This document shows, in pieces, positions 18,230 to 27,576 of a DNA stretch of 64,000 nucleotides (positions are counted from its first letter, which is position 1; each line of letters starts with the position of its first letter). The stretch is from an uncultured bacterium (GTDB lineage Bacteria > Patescibacteriota > Dojkabacteria > SC72). The notes beneath the pieces are model-generated. The model ran no database searches. It saw nothing but the letters and a program-made list of their open reading frames with translations, and was not told where the DNA came from. The translations under genes and the position numbers were made by a program. The stretch spans positions 30,671-94,670 of the forward strand of contig CAIMEL010000004.1 in the NCBI GenBank assembly GCA_903840015.1. Reading direction: 5' to 3'.

Positions 18230-20647
18230 TTGAGAAAATTTAAAACATTAAAACCATTACTACTTTTTTCTCTTGGAGCTTTGTTAACTGGAATTGTTTT
18301 AACTTTTGTCTATGACTCCATCATTATAGATTCACCAATGGTTATGGGGGAGTTTGATGAAGATGCCACTCCACCAGTACTAACAGAATTTCAATACAAT
18401 TCTTCAACAATTAATACTGAAACTACAGCAGACACAGTATATCTAACAATGAGAATTACTGATGATCTCTCTGGAGTTGGACAAGTTTATGTAAGAATCG
18501 CTCCTCTTAATCTGAATGCTCCTATGTATTATCTAGATTTTGAATTAATTTCAGGCGATGAATTTGATGGAGTATATCAAGGTACAAAGCTATTACCGAA
18601 AGGTACAAAGAAAGGCTTGTGGAGAACAGAATCAGTAGTAATATATGATGGGATTGGAAATATTGTAGAGATGAATGAAGATGTTTTGGAAGGTATGTTT
18701 GGTACAGATTCTGGGAATTTTACAAATCTAGCAACTGTTGATGATTCTACAGCCCCCACACTTACATCTTTCACTATTCCTAGTGAATATCAAAATATCA
18801 ATACAGAGAATGATGAGGCTGAAGTCATAGTAAATTTCTCAGTTACGGATAATATGTCTGGAGTAAATGAAGTCTACTTGATAACTGTAACGAACCCATA
18901 TATTGGTCAGCGCCACTATATGAATATCACAGAAGAATCTCGAGATGGTATGCAGGTAAACTATCAAGGCTCTGTGATCTTGCCCAGAGGAAGTAGGAAT
19001 GGATACTGGGAAATAGAGGCATTGACTTTAATAGATAGTGTTGGGAATCAAAGGGAGTATGATAATCAAGGGATCATAAATATAGCAGGACTTAATAACT
19101 CAAGATACTATAACTCTGCAACAGTATATGATATTACACATCCTCAGATAACATCATTTACAATAACTCCAACAGAATTTAACACTAGCCTCGGACCAAT
19201 TCTGCTAACTCTTGATATGACCGTAACAGATGATCTTTCAGGCTTTAGTGATGAACATGAACCTACTGTTCGAATAGCTCCAATCATAGGGTCACAAATT
19301 AGAGATTTTGTATATGATGATGTTCAAATTATTAGTGATTTAGAGAGAAGATATATTGGGACAGTCACAATCCCTCAGTTTAGTAAAGTAGGTATTTGGC
19401 AGCCATATATCGGTGTACAGGACAAGGTTGGTAACATAACTCTCCAAGCTCTTTCTTCCAATTATCTTAATCAAAATGTCCCAGATGCTTCCGGAGCAAC
19501 TCTTGTAAACACTGCACTTGAGAATCAGGTTGTGATTGAACGTTCTTGGACTTTAGCTTCTGAAAATATCACAATAACTTTTCCAATTAATACTACTGTA
19601 ACAAAACAATCAGGAGGAAGTTTTGCTTTCTATCGCATGCTTAGTACAGCATACGATTTAACAGAATTTGAAAATATTCAAGCTATGGTTCAGACAGTAA
19701 ATACAGCCGAACCAACAATTTTAGAAGAATGTACTGAAGAAGAGGAGTGTGCACTTTCACAGATTGTTACAAGTGGTTTGGTAGGGGAACCACAAGGTTT
19801 TGTCAGAGCAGGAATACCTGGCCTTAATCTTCTTTTTAACAAACCTGTTCAGGTATCACTTAAAGTAAATAGTGCATATAACGGGTGGAGATTTACAATT
19901 CAATCTTTCCAAGAGGGAGGGACTAGTTGGGCAACCGATACTACGTGTGTTGTCACAAATGGGTACTGTACATTTAACACAACTCACGCTTCATTCTTCT
20001 CTGCGAACAAAGTAAATGACAATGCACTACCAAGAGGATCAATTAAGATTAACAGTAATGCAAATGTCACAACTTCTAATATAGTGAATTTAACACTTGC
20101 AGCGACGGATGATATATCAGGAGTTAGATATATGAGATTCTCGAATGATGGGAAGAAATGGACCGGATGGAAGACATTTGCAACAACTTACAACGGATGG
20201 AATATTAAAAGTACAACATATGGAGGAAATAGTAATGAAGGGACAAGATATGTCTATGTTCAATACAAGGATAGGGCAGGTAGAATTTCTACGATTTACA
20301 GCAACAGAATAATATACAATCCTAGAAAAGTTACACCAATAACTTTCTACAGAGGGAAGAAGTCAGGTACTGGGAATAGTGAATATGTAATAATTAGAAA
20401 TAATTTAAGAGGAAGTATAAATCTGCGTAATTGGACAGTAAGGAATGCAAAAGGTACCTCATATACAATTCCCAATGTTAGTATCGGAGCATACAGATAC
20501 AAAACAATATATACAGGAAAAGGAACAAACAGTTTGTATAGAATATACCTAGGAAAAACATCTAAGACTAATCTCTGGAACAGTACAAAAGATACTTTCA
20601 ACCTATATACAGATAAAGCACTAAGACTGTATAGGAAAAGTTTCTAG
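18230..20647 (+). CDS. large secreted/cell-surface protein with four internal ~120-aa repeats and a C-terminal lamin-tail domain (LTD)
   Basis: 805 aa; N-terminal signal/anchor. Repeated T-D-D/N-(L/M/I)-SGV modules (TDDLSGVGQVYVRIAP; TDNMSGVNEVYLITV; TDDLSGFSDEHEPTVRIAP; TDDISGVRYMRF). C-terminus EYVIIRNN..GSINLRNWTV..AKGTSYTIP...IGAYRYKTIYTGKG...LWNS..DT..LY fits the LTD pattern. Confidence 0.6.
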   Translation: MRKFKTLKPLLLFSLGALLTGIVLTFVYDSIIIDSPMVMGEFDEDATPPVLTEFQYNSSTINTETTADTVYLTMRITDDLSGVGQVYVRIAPLNLNAPMYYLDFELISGDEFDGVYQGTKLLPKGTKKGLWRTESVVIYDGIGNIVEMNEDVLEGMFGTDSGNFTNLATVDDSTAPTLTSFTIPSEYQNINTENDEAEVIVNFSVTDNMSGVNEVYLITVTNPYIGQRHYMNITEESRDGMQVNYQGSVILPRGSRNGYWEIEALTLIDSVGNQREYDNQGIINIAGLNNSRYYNSATVYDITHPQITSFTITPTEFNTSLGPILLTLDMTVTDDLSGFSDEHEPTVRIAPIIGSQIRDFVYDDVQIISDLERRYIGTVTIPQFSKVGIWQPYIGVQDKVGNITLQALSSNYLNQNVPDASGATLVNTALENQVVIERSWTLASENITITFPINTTVTKQSGGSFAFYRMLSTAYDLTEFENIQAMVQTVNTAEPTILEECTEEEECALSQIVTSGLVGEPQGFVRAGIPGLNLLFNKPVQVSLKVNSAYNGWRFTIQSFQEGGTSWATDTTCVVTNGYCTFNTTHASFFSANKVNDNALPRGSIKINSNANVTTSNIVNLTLAATDDISGVRYMRFSNDGKKWTGWKTFATTYNGWNIKSTTYGGNSNEGTRYVYVQYKDRAGRISTIYSNRIIYNPRKVTPITFYRGKKSGTGNSEYVIIRNNLRGSINLRNWTVRNAKGTSYTIPNVSIGAYRYKTIYTGKGTNSLYRIYLGKTSKTNLWNSTKDTFNLYTDKALRLYRKSF

Positions 20648-20989
20648 GTAAAGAGCTATAGTGTTAAAGCCAACCGCACGATTTTGCTGTAGAAGCAAAC
20701 CCTCTTGTGATTTTTGGAGTTACAATAATATCCGATAATATACAGATAAGCTAAAGCTATTGACAAACGTATCTCCTATTTCTAGGATGTATTATTAGGA
20801 TCTTAAAGTCCTAGCAAGTTGGTACCAGGCTTGTTATAGAACCAGTTTTTCTATAGCATCGCTCTTGCGGATTTTAAGGATATGTTGATGATTCGAACAT
20901 TAACAGCTGACGGCTATAGTTTAGACAAAATCTATTCTTTAGTTGCTCAGTTCCAACATGTGTGTAGAAATACATACTCTCCTAGCGTT

Positions 20990-21025
20990 GGGCGGGCACA
21001 TGCTGGTGTACCCGTTCTTTTTTTT
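20990..21025 (+). terminator. rho-independent terminator (GC-rich hairpin GGGCGGGCAC..GTGTACCCG + 8 T) closing a ~380-nt unannotated plus-strand region
   Basis: Hairpin at ~20992-21014 followed by TTTTTTTT (21018-21025); the T-tract overlaps the stop codon of the convergent ddl gene. Confidence 0.6.
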
Positions 21026-22019
21026 ATGACACTCCCTTACTATTTTCTATTATATAATCAAGAAGATTACTGTAAGTCACACCAATATATTCACACTCCT
21101 TTGGTAATAACGAAGTAGCTGTTAATCCTGGTAAAGTGTTTGTCTCTAAATAGTATATCTTTCCGTCTTTATACAAAAAATCCGATCTTGAATATACTTT
21201 ACAACCCAATTTCCTATGTATATCTCTTGCCAATCTAGAGATATCTGAAGATATCTCTTCTGGAATAGAAATTGGTGGTACAATTTCATTCGCTCCATCT
21301 TCAGTATACTTCGAATCATAATCAAAAAAATCAGATTTCTTTGGTTTAATCTCAATTGGTGGTAAAAGTGTAAACTCTTCATCCACTGATTCCAAAACTC
21401 CACAACTTAATTCAACATTATCTTGGATAGCCTTCTGCACAATGAATTCTGTGTTGAGAGAAAATTCCTTAGAAATAGTCCGCCGTGCAGTTTCAAATTC
21501 TTCATGATTTTTAACAAAGTACAATCCAACACTAGAACCTAATCTATTTGGCTTCAAAACACAAGGGAATTCGACATCATCCATACTCAAATCTTTTGCA
21601 AGAACTAATTTCATTTCGGGAACAACAAGGGAGTCAAATCCAGCAACTATTTTTGAAGACTCATACTTGTTCATACACAATCTACTAGCACCAGAACCAG
21701 AACCTGTAAATCTAACATTATGTTCTTCCAATATCTCTTGCAATTCACCATCCTCCCCAAATTCCCCATGCATAGCTATGAATATCAATGATTCTGCACC
21801 AAGCGAATTAAAAACTTCAGAGAATGGATTTGTACATATTGGACAGAACCTGTAGCTATCCGTCAACGGATCGATAGAATAGTACATTTCCTTGTTGAGA
21901 TAGAGCATATAGATATCATATTTTTCTCTATCTAGATTTTTTACAACATTTCGTGCAGTATTAACTGAAACATCATGCTCAGAAGATGGACCTCCATACA
22001 TTATGTAAACTTTTTGCAT
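21024..22019 (-). CDS. ddl: D-alanine--D-alanine ligase
   Basis: 331 aa; MQKVYIMYGGPSSEHDVS N-terminus and ATP-grasp C-terminal domain typical of Ddl. Confidence 0.85.
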   Translation of the reverse strand: MQKVYIMYGGPSSEHDVSVNTARNVVKNLDREKYDIYMLYLNKEMYYSIDPLTDSYRFCPICTNPFSEVFNSLGAESLIFIAMHGEFGEDGELQEILEEHNVRFTGSGSGASRLCMNKYESSKIVAGFDSLVVPEMKLVLAKDLSMDDVEFPCVLKPNRLGSSVGLYFVKNHEEFETARRTISKEFSLNTEFIVQKAIQDNVELSCGVLESVDEEFTLLPPIEIKPKKSDFFDYDSKYTEDGANEIVPPISIPEEISSDISRLARDIHRKLGCKVYSRSDFLYKDGKIYYLETNTLPGLTATSLLPKECEYIGVTYSNLLDYIIENSKGVS

Positions 22020-22043
22020 AAATAGTAACCAAAGTAGCTGAAT

Positions 22044-22871
22044 TTAGAGTCCCTTTGTTAATGCCTTCTTAAATCTCTCCATATCACTATATACATGAAC
22101 CCTAGAGAGATAGAATCTTCTCGAATATCGATGAGTTATTGTCCTACCACATGAGAAACCAAGTAAATAATCATTCTTTTTAATCATTTCAAAAGATCTC
22201 TTGTCTGCAACACATCCAGGATAAGCAATTGAAACTATTTTCTGACCTGTTGTCTTTTCTAATTTCTCTTTGCTATCTACTAATTGAAATTTAAAATTCT
22301 TTGTTCCCTGTAATTTCTTTAAGTCCCTATGTGTACTAGTATGCGAATCAACTATCATTCCATTCTTTACCATCTCTTTTAATTCTGATTTCTTAATTGG
22401 AGATCTATCAGCAATAATGTAAAAAGTAGCAGTCATTTTGTACTTCTTCAAAACCGGATATGCATATTTGTACTGACCTCTACTTCCATCATCAAAAGTT
22501 ATAAGGACAGATTTTTTATGAGGGTTCTTACCACTCTTTAATATGTCATAAAATTCTTGTGGTGTTAAAGTCTTGTATCCATTCTCTTTCAAATACTTCA
22601 TTTGCTTTTCGAACATACTTGGAGAAACAAAAAGTCCCCTGTAATTAACAGAACCAGTACGAGGAACTGGAGCAATATTATGATACATAAGGACAGGAAT
22701 CTTTACTGTAGGTTCTGTATTCTCACCTAAAACATCAGGCTCATTAACTTCCAAATATTCATATGGGGTTGGTGTAAAATGATCTCTAGTTGAGGACCAG
22801 AAAAGGAATCCAAGGTACAGAGGGGTTAGGATAAAGAAAATGGATAATAGAACTTGATATGATTTTCTCAC
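22044..22871 (-). CDS. polysaccharide deacetylase (NodB-homology domain), membrane-anchored
   Basis: 275 aa; N-terminal TM; VLMYHNI, LITFDDG, H.S.TH motifs of NodB-type deacetylases; C-terminus paralogous to that of 45999..47795. Confidence 0.85.
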   Translation of the reverse strand: MRKSYQVLLSIFFILTPLYLGFLFWSSTRDHFTPTPYEYLEVNEPDVLGENTEPTVKIPVLMYHNIAPVPRTGSVNYRGLFVSPSMFEKQMKYLKENGYKTLTPQEFYDILKSGKNPHKKSVLITFDDGSRGQYKYAYPVLKKYKMTATFYIIADRSPIKKSELKEMVKNGMIVDSHTSTHRDLKKLQGTKNFKFQLVDSKEKLEKTTGQKIVSIAYPGCVADKRSFEMIKKNDYLLGFSCGRTITHRYSRRFYLSRVHVYSDMERFKKALTKGL

Positions 22872-22942
22872 ATATTCACACTACCAAATACCACCTACCA
22901 TTTCAAGGTCAAATTTTCTTTCGAAACAAATGATATAATATA

Positions 22943-23563
22943 TTGTTTACACAAATAAATTGTAAATTAACTGCCATGAAAGATTTCCGGTATCAAATTT
23001 CTCCTTTACCATATGATTACTCTGCACTGGAGCCAATCATTTCCAAAGAGATTTTAGAACTACATCATGACAAACATCATCAAGCATATGTCGATGGTGC
23101 AAACAAAGCATTAGAACTTCTGGAAAAGAGTAGAGAAGGGTTAGAAATTAATTACAAGGCTGTAATGCGTGATTTAAGCTTTAATCTTAATGGACATCTT
23201 TTACATGAACTTTACTGGCAAAATATGCAACCTAAACAGGAATCTAATAAGCCAAGTGAGAAAGTTATTAAGATATTAAATGACAACTTTGGTAGTTACG
23301 AAGCATTTAAGAAGGAATTTACTGAAGCTGGGAAAAGTGTAGAAGGAGCAGGTTGGGTAGCTTTGATGAAAGATACTTCAGGGAAATTAATCATCACACA
23401 GATACAAAACCATAACCTTCTTGGAATAAATGGTTTTATTCCGATATTAGTAAACGATGTGTGGGAACATTCCTATTATCTAGATTACAAGAATGATCGA
23501 GCAACATACTTAACAAATTGGTGGGACATTGTAAATTGGAATGATATAGAGAAAAGAATTTAA
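22943..23563 (+). CDS. sodA: Fe/Mn superoxide dismutase
   Basis: 206 aa; HH.KHH..YV, DVWEHSYY metal-binding motifs. Confidence 0.95.
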   Translation: MFTQINCKLTAMKDFRYQISPLPYDYSALEPIISKEILELHHDKHHQAYVDGANKALELLEKSREGLEINYKAVMRDLSFNLNGHLLHELYWQNMQPKQESNKPSEKVIKILNDNFGSYEAFKKEFTEAGKSVEGAGWVALMKDTSGKLIITQIQNHNLLGINGFIPILVNDVWEHSYYLDYKNDRATYLTNWWDIVNWNDIEKRI

Positions 23564-23579
23564 TTTTATTCCTTAATAT

Positions 23580-23807
23580 ATGAGAAAGCTTCTTCTTGCT
23601 GAGTTCATAGTATTACTTGGTGGTACAGTATTTGCTTGGTATAACTTTACTCTCGAATTTATCAATTGGACAAATGGCAAAGTATGTACAACTGGTTGTT
23701 CTGTAGATATAACAAATCCCTTTTTAAGCAAATGTTTCATTGGCGCAATATTCTTTACAATTGCTTTGATAATTAGTGCTATCACATTGAGAAGAAAAAC
23801 AGATTAA
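23580..23807 (+). CDS. small 2-TM membrane protein, hypothetical
   Basis: 75 aa; two hydrophobic helices; overlaps an antisense 70-aa ORF (23573..23785), so strand choice is uncertain. Confidence 0.3.
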   Translation: MRKLLLAEFIVLLGGTVFAWYNFTLEFINWTNGKVCTTGCSVDITNPFLSKCFIGAIFFTIALIISAITLRRKTD

Positions 23808-23810
23808 GAA

Positions 23811-24605
23811 TTACTCCTTAATCTGTAAGGAAGACACTATAGAATCAACAGTACCTACATAGTCAATAATTTGTTCTTTCCCTCCTGAATATTTTGCATT
23901 CACTTCAGCTATCCAGACTGTATGAGGAATTCCTTGGTCAGCGAAAGATCTATTAAAGACAATAAAATCATCAACTATATGTGATTTTTCCGTGTTATCA
24001 ATTGGATTAGCAACTTCCTGTACATATTTAAAATTCTTGTCATCCTCTGTTTCTCGATATATTGATACTAGTTGCTCTCCATTTTGAGAATCTATGGAAT
24101 AGCTATCTAGACACTTCTTAGTTATCTCTTGTTTGAAAATTGTTTCTACAGCAAGAACACTCGAGACATTACTCACAGTAGATGGTTTTATAGTTAGAAC
24201 CATTTTATTATCAGGACTTGTAATTTCATATATCTTATTAGAGAGGATTTGTGAATCTTTCTGATTCTTGTCCTCTATAATATGGAAATACCAAGAATGA
24301 GGGTAAGTAATACTGTTCTGCACAACAATTTCTTGCCCTTTGGAATCTAAATAATTAATTAGAAACTTTCTTTCTATAGTTTCCATGGAAACATCATGGT
24401 CATACAAATACTCATTAACATTTAAGAACTCTCGCAAAGTATTGCTAGCAATCCCTGAATCTTCATTCACAGCAACATTGAATCCCCATACAAAGGTTAA
24501 TATTGGAATACAAAGATATATGAAGATAGCGAAAAGAATGTATGTTAATCTTTTGCCATTCGATATGATTTTACCTTGATCCAGATGATTAGACATTACA
24601 ATCAA
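23811..24605 (-). CDS. membrane-anchored hypothetical protein (extracytoplasmic domain)
   Basis: 264 aa; one N-terminal TM (LTYILFAIFIYLCIPILTFVWGF), remainder hydrophilic; no recognised family. Confidence 0.5.
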   Translation of the reverse strand: MIVMSNHLDQGKIISNGKRLTYILFAIFIYLCIPILTFVWGFNVAVNEDSGIASNTLREFLNVNEYLYDHDVSMETIERKFLINYLDSKGQEIVVQNSITYPHSWYFHIIEDKNQKDSQILSNKIYEITSPDNKMVLTIKPSTVSNVSSVLAVETIFKQEITKKCLDSYSIDSQNGEQLVSIYRETEDDKNFKYVQEVANPIDNTEKSHIVDDFIVFNRSFADQGIPHTVWIAEVNAKYSGGKEQIIDYVGTVDSIVSSLQIKE

Positions 24606-24633
24606 GAAATTTAATTAAAGTTCCTAATTAAGA

Positions 24634-25026
24634 CTACTCTGCATGCTCTGCTTCCTCTGCAAGCATAGCCTCTTCCTTCGTAGCATGAGTTGTGCCCTCT
24701 GGATGGTTAGCAGGAGAATAGATGGTATATAGCTTCAGATCCTCAGTAGAAGAATTGTTAATTACATTGTGTAAAGAACCTGCTGGAACAATAGCAACCA
24801 TATCCTCTTTTACTAGACTCTCAACTCCATCAATAACGAATTTGGCTTCTCCTTTCTCAATTCTAAAGAATTGATCAACTGTATCATGAACCTCTTCTCC
24901 AATATCTTCCCCTGGTTTCAATGACATCACAACCAACTGCATATGTTTACCGGTATAGAGAACCTTTCTGAAATTACTGTTTCCTAATGTTTTCTCCTCA
25001 ATATTATCTATATATCCCATATTCAT
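24634..25026 (-). CDS. cupin-domain protein
   Basis: 130 aa; cupin motifs G..H.H....E..Y...G and ..PAGSLHN..N. Confidence 0.75.
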   Translation of the reverse strand: MNMGYIDNIEEKTLGNSNFRKVLYTGKHMQLVVMSLKPGEDIGEEVHDTVDQFFRIEKGEAKFVIDGVESLVKEDMVAIVPAGSLHNVINNSSTEDLKLYTIYSPANHPEGTTHATKEEAMLAEEAEHAE

Positions 25027-25142
25027 TGTTGATTAATTTAGCTATATATCTCATTGTAACATATTAAAATATTTTGAAAAGTATATACTTCCATAACCAA
25101 GATATAGTAAGATAATAGAATAAACTAATACATTTTAAACAT

Positions 25143-25667
25143 ATGTTTCTTTCAAACGAGGCGATTAGAAAACACATTGAAGATGGTAAGATCAAAATTA
25201 CAGGAGATCTAACGATAGAAAGTATGGGAATAGGAATAAATCTTGGGAAAGAATTACTCATACCCGTAGAAAACCAAACAGTTGGTTTATCACTCCCTTC
25301 ACAACCTCAATACACCTCTCACAACCTCCTAGAGGCCCCATATACGCTCAAACCAAACGAATTTGTGCTTGGAGCCACAGAGCAGTTAATCTACACATCC
25401 AAGGACATAGCAACAATGCTGGATGGAAGAAGTACACTTGCAAGACTCGGCCTCACGATCCACCTCTCTGCAATGGTTCTAGATGGCGTGCCCTTTAGCA
25501 ATGAAAGTTCAGTACTTGAGATAAAGAATTTGGGAAATTTCAATATAGTTTTAAACTACAAGGATAGAGTAGGGACATATATCTTCGCCCAACTTACAGA
25601 CCCAATTACCGGAGAAAAAGATACAGTATATGCGAATCAAAACGGAGTTACTCCTCCAATTATTTAA
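25143..25667 (+). CDS. dcd: dCTP deaminase (dUTPase superfamily)
   Basis: 174 aa; MFLSNEAIRKHIEDGKIKI N-terminus and GRSTLARLGL core typical of Dcd. Confidence 0.7.
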   Translation: MFLSNEAIRKHIEDGKIKITGDLTIESMGIGINLGKELLIPVENQTVGLSLPSQPQYTSHNLLEAPYTLKPNEFVLGATEQLIYTSKDIATMLDGRSTLARLGLTIHLSAMVLDGVPFSNESSVLEIKNLGNFNIVLNYKDRVGTYIFAQLTDPITGEKDTVYANQNGVTPPII

Positions 25668-25685
25668 ATTAAATATATATTAGTT

Positions 25686-25892
25686 ATGGAAGAATTAGAC
25701 TTATTAACCCAGTATGTACCTTGGATACTTCTACTATCTGTTTGGGAAAGTGTTTGGAAAGCCATCGCACTATGGAAAGCAGCTAGAAATAATCAACTTA
25801 CATGGTATGTATGTATCCTAGTATTCAATACCGTTGGTATCTTACCTATTCTTTACATCAAATTCTTTCAGAATAAAAAGGTAGCATTCTAA
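25686..25892 (+). CDS. small membrane protein with PLDc_N-like (W-rich two-helix) pattern
   Basis: 68 aa; two TM helices with conserved Trp (WESVWKAIALWKA...ILPILY); stop overlaps next gene start (ATG at 25893). Confidence 0.45.
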   Translation: MEELDLLTQYVPWILLLSVWESVWKAIALWKAARNNQLTWYVCILVFNTVGILPILYIKFFQNKKVAF

Positions 25893-26399
25893 ATGCACAA
25901 AAAGGTTGTTGTAAATGACAAAATGCAGAGTGGGTATATATACTATCTTGTCGAAGCTGTTGGGAAGAATTTTGACCCTGAATTCAAACCAGAGTTAACA
26001 CCAAGAGAAATGTTGGAATTAGGTGTTTTTGGAGGTAAATACCTTACTGATTGTCAAAACGAATTCCCTTCCAAATGGTTTCTTTATGCTAAACTCTCCC
26101 CTGAGAAGAAAGACATTTCTTTAAATTATTTCAAAGTAGACGCAAGTCTACCTTTAAATACCTGGAAAGCAAAAGGGTGGATATACAAAGATGATCCAAG
26201 AGGATGGTTTCAGTGGTACTGCAGATACTATATGGGAAGAAGAATACCTCCAGAAGATGAAAGACAGATTAAAAGATGGAAAGGTATCAAAAGACACTAT
26301 ATGGCAGTCCTAAAGAACTGTACCCCTGGTGATTACAGCTGCAGACCTAAACAGAGACAAGCTTTACTTCATTGGGCATACGACAGTAGAGCTATATAG
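25893..26399 (+). CDS. conserved hypothetical protein (Trp/Tyr/Arg-rich, GWFQWYCRYYMGRR motif)
   Basis: 168 aa; no family recognised from sequence alone; translationally coupled to the upstream small membrane protein gene. Confidence 0.5.
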   Translation: MHKKVVVNDKMQSGYIYYLVEAVGKNFDPEFKPELTPREMLELGVFGGKYLTDCQNEFPSKWFLYAKLSPEKKDISLNYFKVDASLPLNTWKAKGWIYKDDPRGWFQWYCRYYMGRRIPPEDERQIKRWKGIKRHYMAVLKNCTPGDYSCRPKQRQALLHWAYDSRAI

Positions 26400-26400
26400 C

Positions 26401-27576
26401 CTATTCAGCTGTATAGTCGTCAAAATAGCCCTGGATTAAGACAACAGGCGTCCCTTTATCTCCACTTCCACTTGTTAAGTCACATAAACTTCCAAGTAAA
26501 TCAGTTAACTGTCTTGGAGTAGTACCAAAAGATTTCTCAACCTCATAATCCTCATGACCCTTCTCCTTAATCATTCCCTTAACATATTCATTCAAATCTC
26601 CCTCTTTGTTCCAATTCTCTGATACATACTTCAATTTAATCTCCTTCGGTCTTCCACGCAAACCTTCTGTAAAACCAGGAGAGACTACAGGATCAGCAAG
26701 TTCCCAAATTTTACCAACAGGATCTTTAAAAGCACCATCACCATATATCAACACTTCAATATTTTTACCTGTGCTCTTTTTAAGCTTCTTCTGCAATTTT
26801 TCTACGAACTCATTTCCATCTCTAGGAAATAGCTTCAAACGATCTTCTCCTATTTTGTTCGATCCCAACAAACCATACTCCTCATTGTATCCATGCTCCT
26901 TAGATTCCTCATTACAGATATCATCTAAACCAAGAACTTTCTCAGCTCCAGCGTTTGTTAACAATTTCTTTGTTCTAAAACGAGTATGGATATCTGAAAC
27001 TAAGAAATTCTTAGTAAATTTTAGTAGATATGTAGGATCATTTGAAAAATGTATCGTTATATTTCCCTTCCCTAAACTCTTGTAATACTCAACATAGTCA
27101 ACACCGGTAAAGGGATGGACAAAATCATACCCGAAAGTTTCCCTGTACTCTTTCTCCTCAAATGAATCCGAATATGGATTTACACCTAATTCATACATTT
27201 TCTCTTGATCCACTAAGTGATTTCCTACTTCATCCGCAGGAAAACTTAGAAGCAGATGTACATGCTTAAATGCTTTTGCTATACATTCCAGAATCAAAGA
27301 GTATCTATTTCTACTAAGGATAGGGAATACAACACCAATATCATCTGACTTAAATTTATTCTTCAAATCATTTACAACCTCATCCACTGTTACAAAATTA
27401 TTCTGACATATTGCGACTACTGCTTCAGTAATACCAACAACATCTTTTTCTCTGAATTCAAATTTTTCTTCTTTAGAAGCATTTAACAGAGAGTCCTCCA
27501 CCAAGTTAACTAAATCATCTCCCTGTTTGATTATTGGAGTCCTGATACCCCTTACTACTGTTCCAACTCTTCTCAT
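26401..27576 (-). CDS. CofE-like (F420-0:gamma-glutamyl ligase fold) protein
   Basis: 391 aa; N-terminal PIIKQGDDL and C-terminal GTTPRQLTDLLGSLCDLTSGSGDKGTPVVLIQG closely match the CofE/FbiB ligase family signatures. Confidence 0.55.
   Translation of the reverse strand: MRRVGTVVRGIRTPIIKQGDDLVNLVEDSLLNASKEEKFEFREKDVVGITEAVVAICQNNFVTVDEVVNDLKNKFKSDDIGVVFPILSRNRYSLILECIAKAFKHVHLLLSFPADEVGNHLVDQEKMYELGVNPYSDSFEEKEYRETFGYDFVHPFTGVDYVEYYKSLGKGNITIHFSNDPTYLLKFTKNFLVSDIHTRFRTKKLLTNAGAEKVLGLDDICNEESKEHGYNEEYGLLGSNKIGEDRLKLFPRDGNEFVEKLQKKLKKSTGKNIEVLIYGDGAFKDPVGKIWELADPVVSPGFTEGLRGRPKEIKLKYVSENWNKEGDLNEYVKGMIKEKGHEDYEVEKSFGTTPRQLTDLLGSLCDLTSGSGDKGTPVVLIQGYFDDYTAE

Noticed and set aside
20882-21118. 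78-aa plus-strand ORF between the surface-protein gene and ddl
   Set aside because: It reads straight through a strong intrinsic terminator hairpin and T-tract. It then runs ~95 nt antisense into the ddl coding region.

The composition is not protein-like. The region is better explained as structured non-coding RNA.
25143-25667. dCTP deaminase as a possible anti-phage nucleotide-depletion defence gene
   Set aside because: At 174 aa it is a canonical housekeeping Dcd. It lacks the extra kinase or sensor domains of the defensive dCTP deaminases.

Its neighbours are not defence genes.
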